DNA from: Eledone cirrhosa
Lineage: Eukaryota
Assembly: GCA_964016885.1 (NCBI GenBank)
Contig: OZ024756.1
Coordinates: 35,836,001-35,900,000, forward strand
DNA: 64,000 nt
Direction of reading: 5' to 3'
Below are positions 38,219 through 52,457 of the stretch, one piece after another (position 1 is the stretch's first letter; each line of letters begins with the position of its first letter). The position numbers were made by a program, and so were the translations under genes. The notes under the pieces are model-generated. The model did not search any database, was not told the origin of the DNA, and was given only the letters and a program-made list of their open reading frames with translations.

Positions 38219-38657
38219 TTAAAAATGCCTTGCATATGCAGTTTCATATGGTTTATTAATTCAAATGTTTATAATATATTTCCTAGTGGACAGATTTTTG
38301 TGGAAATTTGCATTATTTGAGTTAAGAAGGCAGAATCGGTAGAGTGACGTACAATATGCTTAGCAGCATAGAGTTATGGCTCTTTATGTTCAAATCCTTG
38401 TCATTCTGAGTTCAAATTCCGCCGAGGTTAACTTTGCCTTTCATCCTTACGGGGTCGATAAAATAAAGTACCAGTAATGCACTGGGTAATTGCTGGCCTT
38501 GTGCCAAAAGTAGAAACAATTATTTAAGTAAAGACTTAATTTTTTTAATGTGATGCAATCATAGACTCATTTTGTAATTTTCAAGAATGTCTTGCTGATG
38601 TGGTTTGCTGTGGTACAGGATAACATTAAAATATGAAATAATTAATTTTCTTTGTAG

Positions 38658-38898
38658 GTAATTGCTGCCATTCCATATGACTGGCCACGGGGTCGTCTCA
38701 TCTTGTTCACCTGTCTGAGAATACTTTTAGTTCCAATGATGATGATGTGTGTTCTACCGGTACATAAACCCACACTAAATGGTGAAGGGTATGCTGTGTT
38801 AGCGTCTCTCTTATTAGGGGTCACCAACGGATATTTTGGCAGTGTTCCCATGATCCTGGCACCAATGAAAGTCTCCAGTGAAAAGAAGGAAATCACAG
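38658..38898 (+). CDS. SLC29A4: ENT4-like coding exon 7
   Basis: ttgtag|VIAAIPYDW...LRILLVPM...LLGVTNGYFGSVPMILAP...KEIT(G)|gtatat; ENT motif TNGY.GS.PMI.AP. Confidence 0.92.
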
Positions 38899-39194
38899 GT
38901 ATATATCATCATCATCATCACCATTTTACTTCCATTCTTCCACTCTAGCATTGGTTAGACAGGTTGTCCTGTTGTGGACAGTGTCCGGTCAGATGCCCTT
39001 CCTAACACCAACCTCATTTACAGTGAGTGTTAGGTGCTTTTTTTTTCGTGGCACCTCCACGACCACTTTGCAGTGGGAGGAGGTGGGGGCATATTGTCTA
39101 TATGCTTCAGCTTCGGCTTGTACCCATGGGGGGTCGGGTCTTCTGTATTACTGCGTGACGCCAGAAGTCACGGTCGTGTGTCATATATATATAA

Positions 39195-39473
39195 ATGAAG
39201 TATTTCCGTAGGAAAGGTAAAGGAAAAGAGAGTGCTCTATGTAGGCTACAGAGCTTTTTAGTTATGTAATAAACAACATAAGATAATTATTTCATTTACC
39301 AGTGGTTTCTTGAAGACATATTTATATCTGTCTTCAGTCGTCAGAATGAATAAAATGATTCAATAAACACACCATTTTATTTGTTCTGACGACTGAAGAC
39401 AGACATAAATATCTGTCTTCAAGAAACCACTGGTAAATGAAATAATTATCTTATGTTGTTTATTACATAACTA
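39195..39473. mobile_element. Palindromic hammerhead-bearing element, third family; relatives at ~25030-25220 (+) and ~4660-4830 (-, degenerate)
   Basis: Arms 39259-39357 / 39373-39473 with a 15-nt spacer; tail aagtatttccgtag.aaaggtaaag.aaag..gagtgctctatgta shared with 4661-4710 and, reverse-complemented, with 25165-25220. Confidence 0.7.
39377..39445 (+). ncRNA. Minimal type-I hammerhead ribozyme, same family as 25064-25124 (mirror copy on - strand ~39285-39352)
   Basis: CTGACGA 39386-39392; stem II tgaagacaga/tctgtcttca; GAAA 39423-39426; cc-act-gg; GUA 39433-39435; stem I with G-U pairs. Confidence 0.72.
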
Positions 39474-39536
39474 TATATATATAAATGGCGTAGGATAGAA
39501 GAAAGGAAAGGCACAGAAACGAAGAAAGGAATCCCC

Positions 39537-39581
39537 AGTCACTGAAGAGGCCACAGAGTGTGTGACGAAAGGACTATGACT
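39537..39581 (+). ncRNA. Hammerhead-like motif, partly degenerate, fourth sequence family
   Basis: Stem I agtca/tgact; CTGAAGA 39542-39548; imperfect stem II; GAAA 39567-39570; CUA triplet. Confidence 0.55.
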
Positions 39582-40371
39582 ATATATAAACAACTATCTG
39601 GTTGTGGAACCAACCAACCAACCAGAAATTTATAAGTTTGTAAATTTGTAAATTTATAAATTTATAAATATATAATAAATTGAAGTGAAAGCAACTGGTG
39701 CGTGTGTTTCTTATTGGCAACATGACCCTCCCAAAGTATAACAATATATATATATATATATATAGGAAAAGAGTCAGGACCCCAGCGGCTGAGCTCCAGC
39801 CATTTCGACAGCTAGATCTGAACTGTAGTAGTGGAGCACTTTTCGACCCATACCACACTCTAATCCCGACACTATTTATATATATATATATATATAATAC
39901 ATTATGAAGAGAGAAGAAACATTAGATATAATTAATAATAAGATATATCATACCCAAACTGCTTCTTTAGTCCCCGACTACGTAGTTTCGTGGCATATTA
40001 TGCAAAAACGCTACATCATAGAGATATAGGATTTTTGTGAGGTCTTTCAACTTATCAAGAGGATACCTCATTAAGGGTTTCAAAACACGTCCGTAAGATG
40101 TGAGATATATATGTATATATATATACATATATAAATACACTGGTCTGTTGGAGACGCAGGACATGGCAGCGATAATGAGGGACAGAGACCGCTGGAGAGA
40201 ACTCGTCCATGGATCTCGGGAATTTTACCCGCCCTAGATAGATAGATTATTTGTTTGTTCCTTTGTCTCTGATGATGGTGGTGGAGGTGGTGGCAGGGTT
40301 TTGATGATGATGTTCCAATATTCTCACAAGTCAGACATAATATGACTCCTAATCACCATCATCATCATAGC

Positions 40372-40404
<33 letters not shown>

Positions 40405-40509
40405 GACCATAACAGTTTCTATACGTTCCATGGTCAATTGTTTTGTTTTACTATTTTCATTTCATTGTTGCTGTTGTTTTTGTTGTTGTTTCAATGCCTT
40501 CCTGTTCTT

Positions 40510-41790
40510 CTTCTTCTAACCTCCCTTCTATTTTCCCTTCTATCTCCTCATCATCTTCTTTCTCTTCTAACTCCTCCCCTATTCTTTCGCTTCTATCTCC
40601 TCCCCTCTTCTTTCTCTTCTAACTCCTCCCCTCTTCTTTCTCTTCTAACTCCTCCCACTCTAATTTCTCTTCTAACCCCTCCCCCTCTTCTTTCCCTTCA
40701 ACTCCTCCCCCTCTTCTTTCTCTTCTAACTCCTCCCACTCTAATTTCTCTTCTAACTCCTCCCACTCTAATTTCTCTTCTAACCCCTCCCCCTCTTCTTT
40801 CTCTTCTAACCCCTCCCACTCTAATTTGTCTTCTAACCCCTCCCACTCTAATTTCTCTTCTAACTCCTCCCACTCTAATTTCCCTTCTAACCCCTCCCCT
40901 CTTCTTTCTCTTCTAACTCCTCCCACTCTAATTTCTCTTCTAACTCCTCCCCCTCTTCTTTCTCTTCTAACCCCTCCCACTCTAATTTGTCTTCTAACCC
41001 CTCCCACTCTAATTTCTCTTCTAACTCCTCCCACTCTAATTTCCCTTCTAACTCCTCCCCCTCTTCTTTCTCTTCTAACTCCTCCCACTTTAATTTCTCT
41101 TCTAACCCCTCCCCTCTTCTTTCTCTTCTAAACCCCCCCCCCCCCCCCACCCCCACCCCCCCACTCTAATTTCTCTTCTAACCCCTCCTACTCTAATTTC
41201 CCTTCTAACTCCTCCCCTCTTCTTTCTCTTCTAACCCCCCCCACTCTAATTTCTCTTCTAACCCCTCCTACTCTAATTTCTCTTCTAACCCCTCCCCTCT
41301 TCTTTCTCTTCTAACCCCTCCCACTCTAATTTCTCTTCTAACCCCTCCTATTCTAATTTCTCTTCTAACTCCTCCCCTCTTCTTTCTCTTCTAACCCCTC
41401 CTATTCTAATTTCTCTTCTAACTCCTCCCCTCTTCTTTCTCTTCTAACCCCTCCCACTCTAATTTCTCTTCTAACCCCTCCTATTCTAATTTCTCTTCTA
41501 ACTCCTCCCCTCTTCTTTCTCTTCTAACCCCTCCTATTCTAATTTCTCTTCTAACTCCTCCCCTCTTCTTTCTCTTCTAACCCCTCCTATTCTAATTTCT
41601 CTTCTAACTCCTCCCCTCTTCTTTCTCTTCTAACCCCTCCCACTCTAATTTCCCTTCTAACTCCTCCCCTCTTCTTTCTCTTCTAACCCCTCCCACTCTA
41701 ATTTCTCTTCTAACTCCTCCCCTCTTCTTTCTCTTCTAACCCCTCCCACTCTAATTTCTCTAATAACTCCTCCCCTCTCTAACTTCTCTT
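40510..41790. repeat. 27-bp pyrimidine-rich minisatellite (ctcttctaacccctcccactctaattt)n, about 45 copies
   Basis: Direct inspection; two alternating unit variants. Confidence 0.93.
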
Positions 41791-41800
41791 TTCTCTCCAG

Positions 41801-42003
41801 GTAATATCATGATGTTCTCCTACAGCATCGGCATGACAACCGGCAGCATTGGGGCCTACATCCTTGACTACTTCATCGGTGGTAACTTGGAATCTGTCTG
41901 CAGTCCCACTGGTGGCAACCACCACCACAACGTCGGTAGTCAGGTCAACTTAAGTAACGACTACGCACCTTGGTTAGGGTTTAACTACACCAAATATGAC
42001 TAA
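41801..42003 (+). CDS. SLC29A4: ENT4-like coding exon 8 (terminal)
   Basis: ctccag|(G)NIMMFSYSIGMTTGSIGAY... stop TAA 42001-42003; ENT TM11 motif. Summed CDS 1671 nt = 556 aa + stop. Confidence 0.9.
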
Positions 42004-42245
42004 CTTCTATGGACAAGGCCCTTAATTGAAATATGACACATAGTGGGTGGGACAGGGTGATGTAAGATGGGACAGGGCTGGAATTAACTCCTAGGGAATA
42101 GGAGAGGAGTATTTTTGTCATATCAAACTTCCCTATATATTTTTTTGGTTAATTTTCATTCTAAATTGGCAAGTTGTGTCTGTGTATGCATATATATATA
42201 TATATATACATATGTGCATACATATACATATATTTAAATATATGT

Positions 42246-42282
<37 letters not shown>

Positions 42283-42383
42283 CATATGTACATACATATA
42301 TATAAATATATGTGTGTACATATATATATATATATATATATGTACATATATATATATATATGTACACACACACATATATATGT

Positions 42384-42415
<32 letters not shown>

Positions 42416-44738
42416 TATATAATATATATATATATATATGATACCTTATTTCACTCCTACTGTGTTTTTCAGGTTATAAGATGCATTGGTCTGTGTCTAT
42501 TAATCAAATTGGGGCCCGATTCTACCTTTCACTCCTCCAGGGTTAATAAAATAAGTACCAGTCATACTGAGGCTGAACCATTTAATTATAATCCTTCCCC
42601 ACAAAAGAATTAAAAAAAAAAAACATGGGTGGGGGGTGAGGGGGCACTTGTTCCTAAGACAAAAAAAATCTTTTGATTTTTCTGCTGTACTTTGGTTTCA
42701 AAAACTGGGACCAATACATTTTATAATTGCTAATGTTTTCAAGCAAGGGATGGGATAAATGTCACAACATCCCTTATAAATCACTATAAGTTACCTCCAT
42801 TGCTCCCCCCCACCCCCACTCCACACACACAAAAAAAAAAAAATCTAGAAAATTATTTTGTAAAGCAGAGGTTCTCAAAGTGGGCACTGCCCCCCTACCC
42901 CTGGGGGCATTGAGAAGGTGGGGGGGGGGGCTAAGGGGGTTATAGATAAATCTATATAAATACAGTAAAATAAATAATATATAATATGTATTTATACATA
43001 GTATATATTATATTATTTATTATATATCATAGGGCAGTGGATTGGCAGTATCGGTAGAGAATCTGCCACCATGCTTTGCAGCATAGAGTTATGGCACTTT
43101 ACGGTCTGAGTTCAAATCCTGCCGAGGTTAACTTTGCCTTTCATCCTTACAGGGTTGATAAAATAAAGTACCAGTAACGCACTGGGTCGATTTAATTGAC
43201 TTTCCCCTCCCCCAAAATAGATGGCCTTGTGTCTATATAAGAAACCATTATTTATTATATGTCAATTAACGATTTTATTTATTATATATTATTTACAGTT
43301 TGCGTGTAGGCAGGTCTCTCTGGAAATAAATTTTTTTTTGTGGTGTTGGGGGGGGGGGGGCTTGAGGGTATTACATGGCCATGAGAGAGGGAAGGGGGGG
43401 GGGGACAAAAAATGTTTTGAAAACCTCTGATCTAATGTATCATCTCTTGTTGTTGTCGGGGCCGTGGGCACCCATCGCTGGGTCCCTCCTAATCTTTTAG
43501 GTATTTCAGGTCTCTTTGGTAAATTCAATTTGTGTGTGTGTAGGCAGATCTCTCTGGAAATAGGTTTTTAAAGGGGCGTGGGCGTTGAGGGTATTTTGTG
43601 GCTGTGAGGAGGGGTAGGGGCCCCAAAACGCTTGAGAAACTCTGCTCTAAAATGTCACATGTTTTTATTTTTTGTATTTTGTAAAAACATGGTACCTGGG
43701 CACTCACTTACACACCCCTCTCAATCCTTACACCTACTCTCTCTCTCTCTCTCTCTTAAATATACATACATATGTCTCATCGTGTGCTAGAGGTGGGAGG
43801 GGGGTTAGTGTACTTGGTCATGTGATGACCCCTTATGGACATCACCATTACTGCTTCTCATAGCTTTCTAAACTAAGCTTATTTTTATATCTGTGATTTA
43901 TCAAAGCCAAATCCTTTATCTGCCGAGGTTAACTTTGCCTTTCATCCTTACGGGGTCGATAAAATAAAGTACCAGTAATGGACTGGGGTCAATTTAATCA
44001 ACTTTCCCCTCCCCCAAAATTGCTGGCCTTGTGTCTATATAAGAAACCATTATTATTATTATTATAGGGCGGTGAATTGGCAGTATCGGTAGAGTGTCGG
44101 ACGCCATGCTTCCCAGCATAGAGTTACGGCCCTTGTCATTCTGAGTTCAAATCCCGCCGAGGTTAACTTTGCCTTTCATCTTTACGGGGTCGATAAAATA
44201 AAGTACCAGTAATGTATTGGGTAATTGCTGGCCTTGTGCCAAAAAGTAGAAACGATTATTATTATTAAGTGGTGGTGAGTATCTTCTTTCATTCTTTTAA
44301 AACATTTCATAATCGATTTTTTTTATTAGTATTTTTTATTTTGTTGTTGGTATTTTGTGTGCAGTGTTTTGTTTTAAGACTATTGGAATTATCAAACAAC
44401 CAGGTGAAACAAATTAAATTTCCAATCCTCTCTACCTTACACACCACCCCACCCCACCCACCCCGACTATTCACCAGAGACACCTGTTGTCAGTTTCGTA
44501 TGTTTTAGTTTCTCATTAACCCAACCTGAAATATTTATTTTAAATATGTCACACAAAAAAAAAAAACTAAAAAAAAATACATACACATATACATATGTAT
44601 ATATATATATATAAATGTATGTATATATATAAATGTATGTATATATATATATACATATATATATAAATGTATGTATATATATATACATATATATGTATAC
44701 ATACATATATATATATGTGTGTGTATATATACATATAT

Positions 44739-44782
<44 letters not shown>

Positions 44783-44923
44783 TATATATATATATGTATA
44801 TTTATATATACATATATATATATATTATATATACATATATATATATATTATATATATATATATATTATATATATATATATGTATATATATACATATATAC
44901 ATTATATATATACATATATATAT

Positions 44924-44970
<47 letters not shown>

Positions 44971-44997
44971 TACATATATACATTTATATATATATAC

Positions 44998-45030
<33 letters not shown>

Positions 45031-45130
45031 CATACATATATATATATATACACACACATATATACATATATGTATACACACATATATGTATATATATATA
45101 GATACATATATATATATATATATATACACA

Positions 45131-45296
<166 letters not shown>

Positions 45297-45299
45297 AAA

Positions 45300-46900
45300 A
45301 GTTCTATACTGAGGTTGACCCAATCAACTAACCTCCTCTGAAAAACAATCACTGGCCTTGGGCCTAAATTTACAAACATTATTTATTATTATTATTATCA
45401 TTATTATTATTATTAGGGCCGTGGATTGGCAGTATCGGTAGAGGGTCGGGCGCCATGCTTTGCGGCACAGAGTTATGGCCCTTAACGTTCTGAGTTCAAA
45501 TCGCTCTGATAAAATCGCTCTGATAAAATAAAGCACCAGTAATGCACTGGGGTCGATTTAATCAACTTTCCCCTTCCCCACAAATTGCTGGCCTTGTGCC
45601 TATAATAGAAATCATTGTGGATTGGCAGTATCGGTAGAGGGTCGGACGCCATGCTTTCCAGCAGAGTTACGTCCCTTTACGATCTGAGTTCAAATCCCGC
45701 CGAGGTTGACTTTGCCTTTCATCCTTACGGGGTCAATAAAATAAAGTACTGGTAATGCACTGGGTAATTGCTGGCCTTGTGCCTAAAGTAGAAACAATTA
45801 TTATTATTATTGTTGTTGTTGTTGTTAAGGTGGGGATATTGGCAGTATCAGTAGAGAGGTGGATAAAATGCTTTGCAGTATTTAGTTACAATTTTCTACG
45901 TTCTGAGTTCAAATCTCCCCTTCGCCACTGAGGTCAACTTTGCCTTTTGGTCGATAAAATAAAGTACCAGTTAAGTACTTGGGTCAATATAATCAACTCT
46001 CTCCTTTCACCCCAAATTGCTGAGCTTGTGCCAACCAATATTAGAAAGAATTTATTTTTATGTTTGTTGGGTTGGCAGAATTATTAGAGCGTTGTATGAA
46101 ATATATTGCTGTTGAGGTCAGTCTTGCTGAGCTTGATTTTACCTTTCATCCTTCTGGGGATGATAAAATATAGGACCAGTAATTCACTGGGGTCGATTTA
46201 ATCGAATTCCCCTGCCCCCCAAATTACTGGCCTTGCGCCTATACTAGAAATCATTATTATTAATATTACTATCATTTCAAATAGATTGCGGGAGATTGGC
46301 ATGCTTTGCAGCAAAGAGTTACGGCCCTTTATGATCTGAGTTCAAATCCCGCCGAGGTTAACTTTGCCTTTCATCCTTACGGGGTCGATAAAATAAAGTA
46401 CCGGTAATGCACTGGGTAATTGCTGGCCTTGTGCCTAAAGTAGAAACAATTATTATTAATATTACTATCATTTCAAATAGATTGCAGGAGATTGGCAGTA
46501 TCGGTAGAGCGTCGGACACCATGCTTTGTGGCATTGAGTTACGGCCCTTTGCGTTCTGAGTTCAAATCCCACTGAGGTTAGCTTTGCTTTTCATCCTTAC
46601 AGGGTCGATAAAATAAAGCACCTGTAATGTACTAGGGTCGATTAAATCGACCCCCCCCCCCCAAAAAAAAAAAAAAAAATTGCTGGCCTTGTGCCTAAAT
46701 CAGAAATAATTTATGTTATTTTAAATAGATTGACGAGGTGGGTGGGGGCATATCACTAAACAAAATACCTTGCAAGTATTTAGTTGCGCTTCTTTACGTT
46801 CTGAGTTCAAATCCTGGTGGATTGATTTTACCTTTCATTCCACCAGGGGTTGATAAAATAAGTACCAGCTGTGTATTGGGGTATATACAATCAACTCTAG
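45300..46900 (+). mobile_element. Head-to-tail cluster of about 8 SINE copies
   Basis: Repeated tggcagtatc / gagttcaaatcc / cctttcatcc / gataaaata motifs separated by (ATT)n tails, all on the + strand. Confidence 0.82.
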
Positions 46901-46984
46901 TGCTTCTCTCAAAATGCTTGAATGCATGACTGAAGAAATTTTGATGTAAAAAAATATTTTAATACTATATATATATCTGTGTCT

Positions 46985-47049
<65 letters not shown>

Positions 47050-48684
47050 GTGTGTGTGTGTGTGTGTACATATATATATATATAGTATATAAATATGTAT
47101 ATTTATATATATATATAGGTATATATGCATATATATATGTATATATCTATATCTATATGTGTGTGTGTGTGTATATATACACATACATACTTACACATAC
47201 ACACATATATGTATATATATATACACATAATCATATATGTGTATGTGTGTGTGTGTGTATGTATATATATATATATAAACCAACTTTTGTATCTATCTTA
47301 CAATGTTCAGTTATTTCAATGTTTTAAAGAAACCAAATTTTGTACTGAAGTGAAATACAAAAGCACAGCACCTCCATTGTTCTGCTAAACTTTAAACCTT
47401 GATTAAGCACTAAACTATTAATTAATGACCCTACTATCATTATTAGGTGGATTGGCAGTATCGGTAGAGGGTCGGACACCATGCTTTGCAGCATAGAGTT
47501 ACGGCCCTTTATGATTTGAGTTCAAATCCCGCCGAGGTTGACTTTGCCTTTCATCCTTACGGGGTCGATAAAATAAAGTACCAGTAATGCACTGGGTAAT
47601 TGCTGGCCTTGTGCCTAAAGTAGAAACAATTATTAAGTACCAGTTATGTACTGGTGTCAATTCAAAATTTGGCAGTGGATTTAATCCCACACTTGTTTTT
47701 AACACCACCTTGGCTCTGTGGTGTCTTTAGCAGAGTCATCTCTGTGGCAAACAGTCTGAGAATAATTTCCTCCTCCAGTGCAAGGGACCCTCACAAGGAT
47801 CACTATGCTTTCTTTTATGACTATACTATCAAATGATAAAATTTCTGGCAATGTTGTATTTGGTTGGACTTTTTTACATTCCAAGTTGAAACCCTTCCAA
47901 AGTCAACTTTGGCTTCCATCCTTTCAGTTTCAATAAAACCTGGGGATCAATATAATCAACTACCCACTTCCTTCTAAAATTTCAGGCCTTGTGTCTGGGA
48001 GAAGTGTTAGAGCTACAGATAAAATACCTTGTGGTATTTTTTCCAGCTGTTTACAATCTGGGTCCAAATGTGCCCCCAAAATCAAATTTTACCTTTCACC
48101 CTTCCAAGATTGACATAAGTTATAGTACCAGTCAAGCTTTGCCCCAAATTTCTTTGCCTTTCATCCTTCTGGCGACGATGGCAGTAATAAAATAATGTGC
48201 TGTCCTATTATCATTGATGAGTAACCGCACTCCAACACCCGCATAACAGTTCAACTTTCAGAGTCCCTAAACCTCTGTCGAGCCCCTCCCTTCCAAAGGA
48301 ATCTATTATCTCATTGTTGCTGGTTGCGAGAGTGCCCCCCCCCCCCCCGCTGTGTACACACCCAGCCCTGCTAATAACAGTTCATTCAGGACTCTTGTGC
48401 TCCCTATGTAGTCTCACCATTAGGCTAAACAGTTAAATGGTTAAATACCATCTTCTAATGCAATGAGCTACAATCAAGACATCAAACAGAAACAGATTAT
48501 ATTCAAAGACATGTAGACGCCCAATGGCATCAACCTGATACAATAGAGTTTATCGAAACACCTGCAGATGTCAGACAACAACACCTGCCAAAATACATAG
48601 TAACAAAACAATAGAGTACAAGAAAATAGTTTTATTTGATTTGTGAATAGAACTTGTAAAGATATGCAGGCACAAATGTATCAT

Positions 48685-50097
48685 AATATACTGTGACATA
48701 TATACACTAATATATACTATAACATATATACACTAATATATACTGTAACATATATACATTAATATATACTGTGACATATATACACTAATATATACTGTGA
48801 CATAAATACATTAATATATACTGTGACATAAATACATTAATATATACTGTAACATATATACATTAATATATACTGTGACATAAATACATTAATATATACT
48901 GTGACATATATATATACACTTATATTGTAACATATATACACTTATACTGTGTATAGTATAGACTCTAATACATATCATAACATACTATAGTATAGACTCT
49001 AACACATATAACATACCATAGTATAGACTCTAACACATATCATAACATACCATAGTATAGACTCTAACACATATCATAATATACTATAGTATAGACTCTA
49101 ACACATATCATAACTTACTATAGTATAGACTCTAACACATATCATAATATACTATAGTATAGACTCTAACACATATCATAATATACTATAGTAAGATTCT
49201 AACACATATAACATACTATAGTATAGACTCTAACACATATCATAATATACTATAGTATAGACTCTAATACATATAACATACTATAGTATAGACTCTAACA
49301 CATATCATAACATACTATAGTATAGACTCTAACACATATCATAATATACTATAGTATAGACTCTAACACATATCATAATATATAGAGCAGCATTTACACC
49401 ACAGACCAACACACATACTACACATTAACATATTGTGTAACAATAGACCAACACAGAATACACACCAACATATTGTGTAACAATAGACCAACACAGACTA
49501 CACACCAACATATTGTGTAACAATAGACCAACACACTGACTACACACCAACATATTGTGTAACAATAGACCAACACAGACTACACACCAACATATTGTGT
49601 AACAATAGACCAACACACAGACTACACACCAACATATTGTGTAACAATAGACCAATACAGACTACACACTAACATATTGTGTAACAATAGACCAACACAG
49701 ACTACACACCAACATATTGTGTAACAATAGACCAATACAGACTACACACTAACATATTGTGTAACAATAGACCAACACAGACTACACACCAACATATTGT
49801 GTAACAATAGACCAACACAGATTACACACTAACATATTGTGTAATAATAGACCAACACAGACTACACACTAACATATTGTGTAATAATAGACCAACACAG
49901 ACTACACACTAACATATTGTGTAACAACAGACCAACACAGACTACACACTAACATATTGTGTAACAATAGACCAACACAGACTACACACTAACATATTGT
50001 GTAACAATAGACCAACACAGACTACACACTAACATATTATGTAATAATAGACCAACACAGACTACACACTAACATATTGTGTAACAATAGACCAATG
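48685..50097. repeat. Three abutting minisatellites: 26-bp (48685-48945), 34/31-bp (48950-49380), 40-bp (49425-50097)
   Basis: Periods counted directly from the sequence. Confidence 0.9.
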
Positions 50098-50634
50098 CAC
50101 ATATACAACAGAAACTACATACACAAACAAACAGCAAGTACCTTCAAGTAGTATATAAACTAAGAAAAATATTTCTAGAACAGTTTAGAACAGTCTAGAA
50201 CAGTCCGTTTAATACTGACTTTACCCGTCCAATGACATTTGATGTTTTCTGAATAATAATTGGGAATTTACTACCTTCTACTTTTAGGCAAACTTACAAG
50301 ACTTAACCTCTGTCTGTCTGTATATATATATATATATATGTGTGTGTGTATGTGTGTGTATGTATAAATATATATATATATATACACAGACACACACACA
50401 CATATATACATATACACACACACATATATATATATACATATATATCATACATACATATGGAAGTCTTAATCTTGTTTGGGATTTACTCTTCTGGTTAAAT
50501 GTTTTATCATAAAACTGCTTTTTAGTAAATAAAACCGGTGTCCATCCACCCAGGGTATATACACATACACAAACACATACATATTTACACAACCCTCATA
50601 CATACATACTCATATATATATACATATATATATA

Positions 50635-50668
<34 letters not shown>

Positions 50669-50939
50669 AATATACATATACATAAATATATATATATTAA
50701 CATATATATACACACACATATATATATATATATATACACGTATTTATATATACATACATAGATATATGTGTACACATATTTATATATATATATACATATA
50801 TATACATGAAATAAAGTTTCTTAAGTGCTGGAGGGATAATGTTCTTCCATCTTGGCAAGAGCCACCATTCCTCAAACTTATTTTAAACTCATGGCAGCTG
50901 TTCTTATTAATACATGGAAAAAGATGGGTTTTCTTCACA

Positions 50940-50971
<32 letters not shown>

Positions 50972-51145
50972 CCCACATATAATAGTGTATATATAAACTT
51001 CTCAGAGAAAAATATTCTTAAACACCTGAAATGTTTAACTTATATTGCATATTTAGATAAAAACTTATTCCCCACACCTTTTTTTCTCCGTCTTTCTCTT
51101 CCCAGTGAGGGATCTATAATTACACATGCATTCTCTCTCTGTGTG

Positions 51146-51176
<31 letters not shown>

Positions 51177-51464
51177 CTGTGAGTATGTATATTTACACAA
51201 CACTATACGTCTCAATGAATATCAACACTTTGAGAAATCTACATACTACAATAACTACATATATATATATATATATTTACATACACACACACACACATAT
51301 GTATATATATATATTTACATACACACACACACATATGTATATATATATATATATATATACACACGTGTGTGTGTGTGTATATGTAAATATATATATATAT
51401 ATATATATATACATGTGTGTGTGTGTATGTAAATATATATATATATATTTACATACACACACAC

Positions 51465-51499
<35 letters not shown>

Positions 51500-51609
51500 A
51501 TGTAGGTAATATTAAATATCCAATTACAAATATACTACAGAGCTGAAATACTTTATAAATAACAATCAATCAAAGAGTGTTAAATGTTCTAAAACACTCG
51601 TTGATTGTT

Positions 51610-51651
<42 letters not shown>

Positions 51652-51877
51652 TCCCTCTATCATCGTGACACAATCAACACGAAAGCTTTCACTACAATAA
51701 TTACATATATATATAATTGTTGCCACACTAAGCCGTCTAACCACTGTTTAATGTATTGTGTATATTCTAAATTGCAGATTTGTACTTACAACATATGATT
51801 TCTGTAATTTCAAGGAGTGAGTGGATAGCGGCTGGCTATACGTAATCTAAACATATATATATATATTTATATATATG

Positions 51878-51909
<32 letters not shown>

Positions 51910-52414
51910 TATATATATATATATAAAAAATTAGAATTTGATTTCTCGCTCTAGCATTGCAGATTCATAAATGTAAGTATGGGTTATATCGAATAATATA
52001 TATCGATGCTACTGTTGAACAAACAGATGGTGATAGCCATTATGGCACAGCATAGCTTAGTAAGGCCATTTGCTTGCAAATAAATCAAATATTATTATTC
52101 TTCGATATAACACATACTTACATTTATATATATATATATATATATATATACATACACACACACACACATCCTCTTTCTCTCTCCCTTCTTTTATCTGATT
52201 AATTAACAAAATCTAACTCAAAGAAAATGGTTTCTTATATTATTAGCAGAACTGTTGAATTAGTTCCAGAAACTGCTGCTTGTCCTGACCAAATCTGATG
52301 TGATTGTCTCCCTTGTTTCAATATCGATATTATTTATGGTTGAAGTATAGCGAAATTTACCTTTTGGTCTCTCTCTATATATATTATATATATGTGTGTG
52401 TATGCATATGTATT

Positions 52415-52457
<43 letters not shown>

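Noticed and set aside
40510-41790. Interstitial telomere (CTAAC/TTAG-rich)
   Set aside because: No tandem TTAGGG or TTAGG; the period is 27 bp.
42865-43645. hAT-like ends (cagaggttctcaaa ... tttgaaaacctctg / ttgagaaactctg)
   Set aside because: TIR-like, but I found no matching 8-bp TSD and boundaries are ambiguous, so it is not listed as a defined element.
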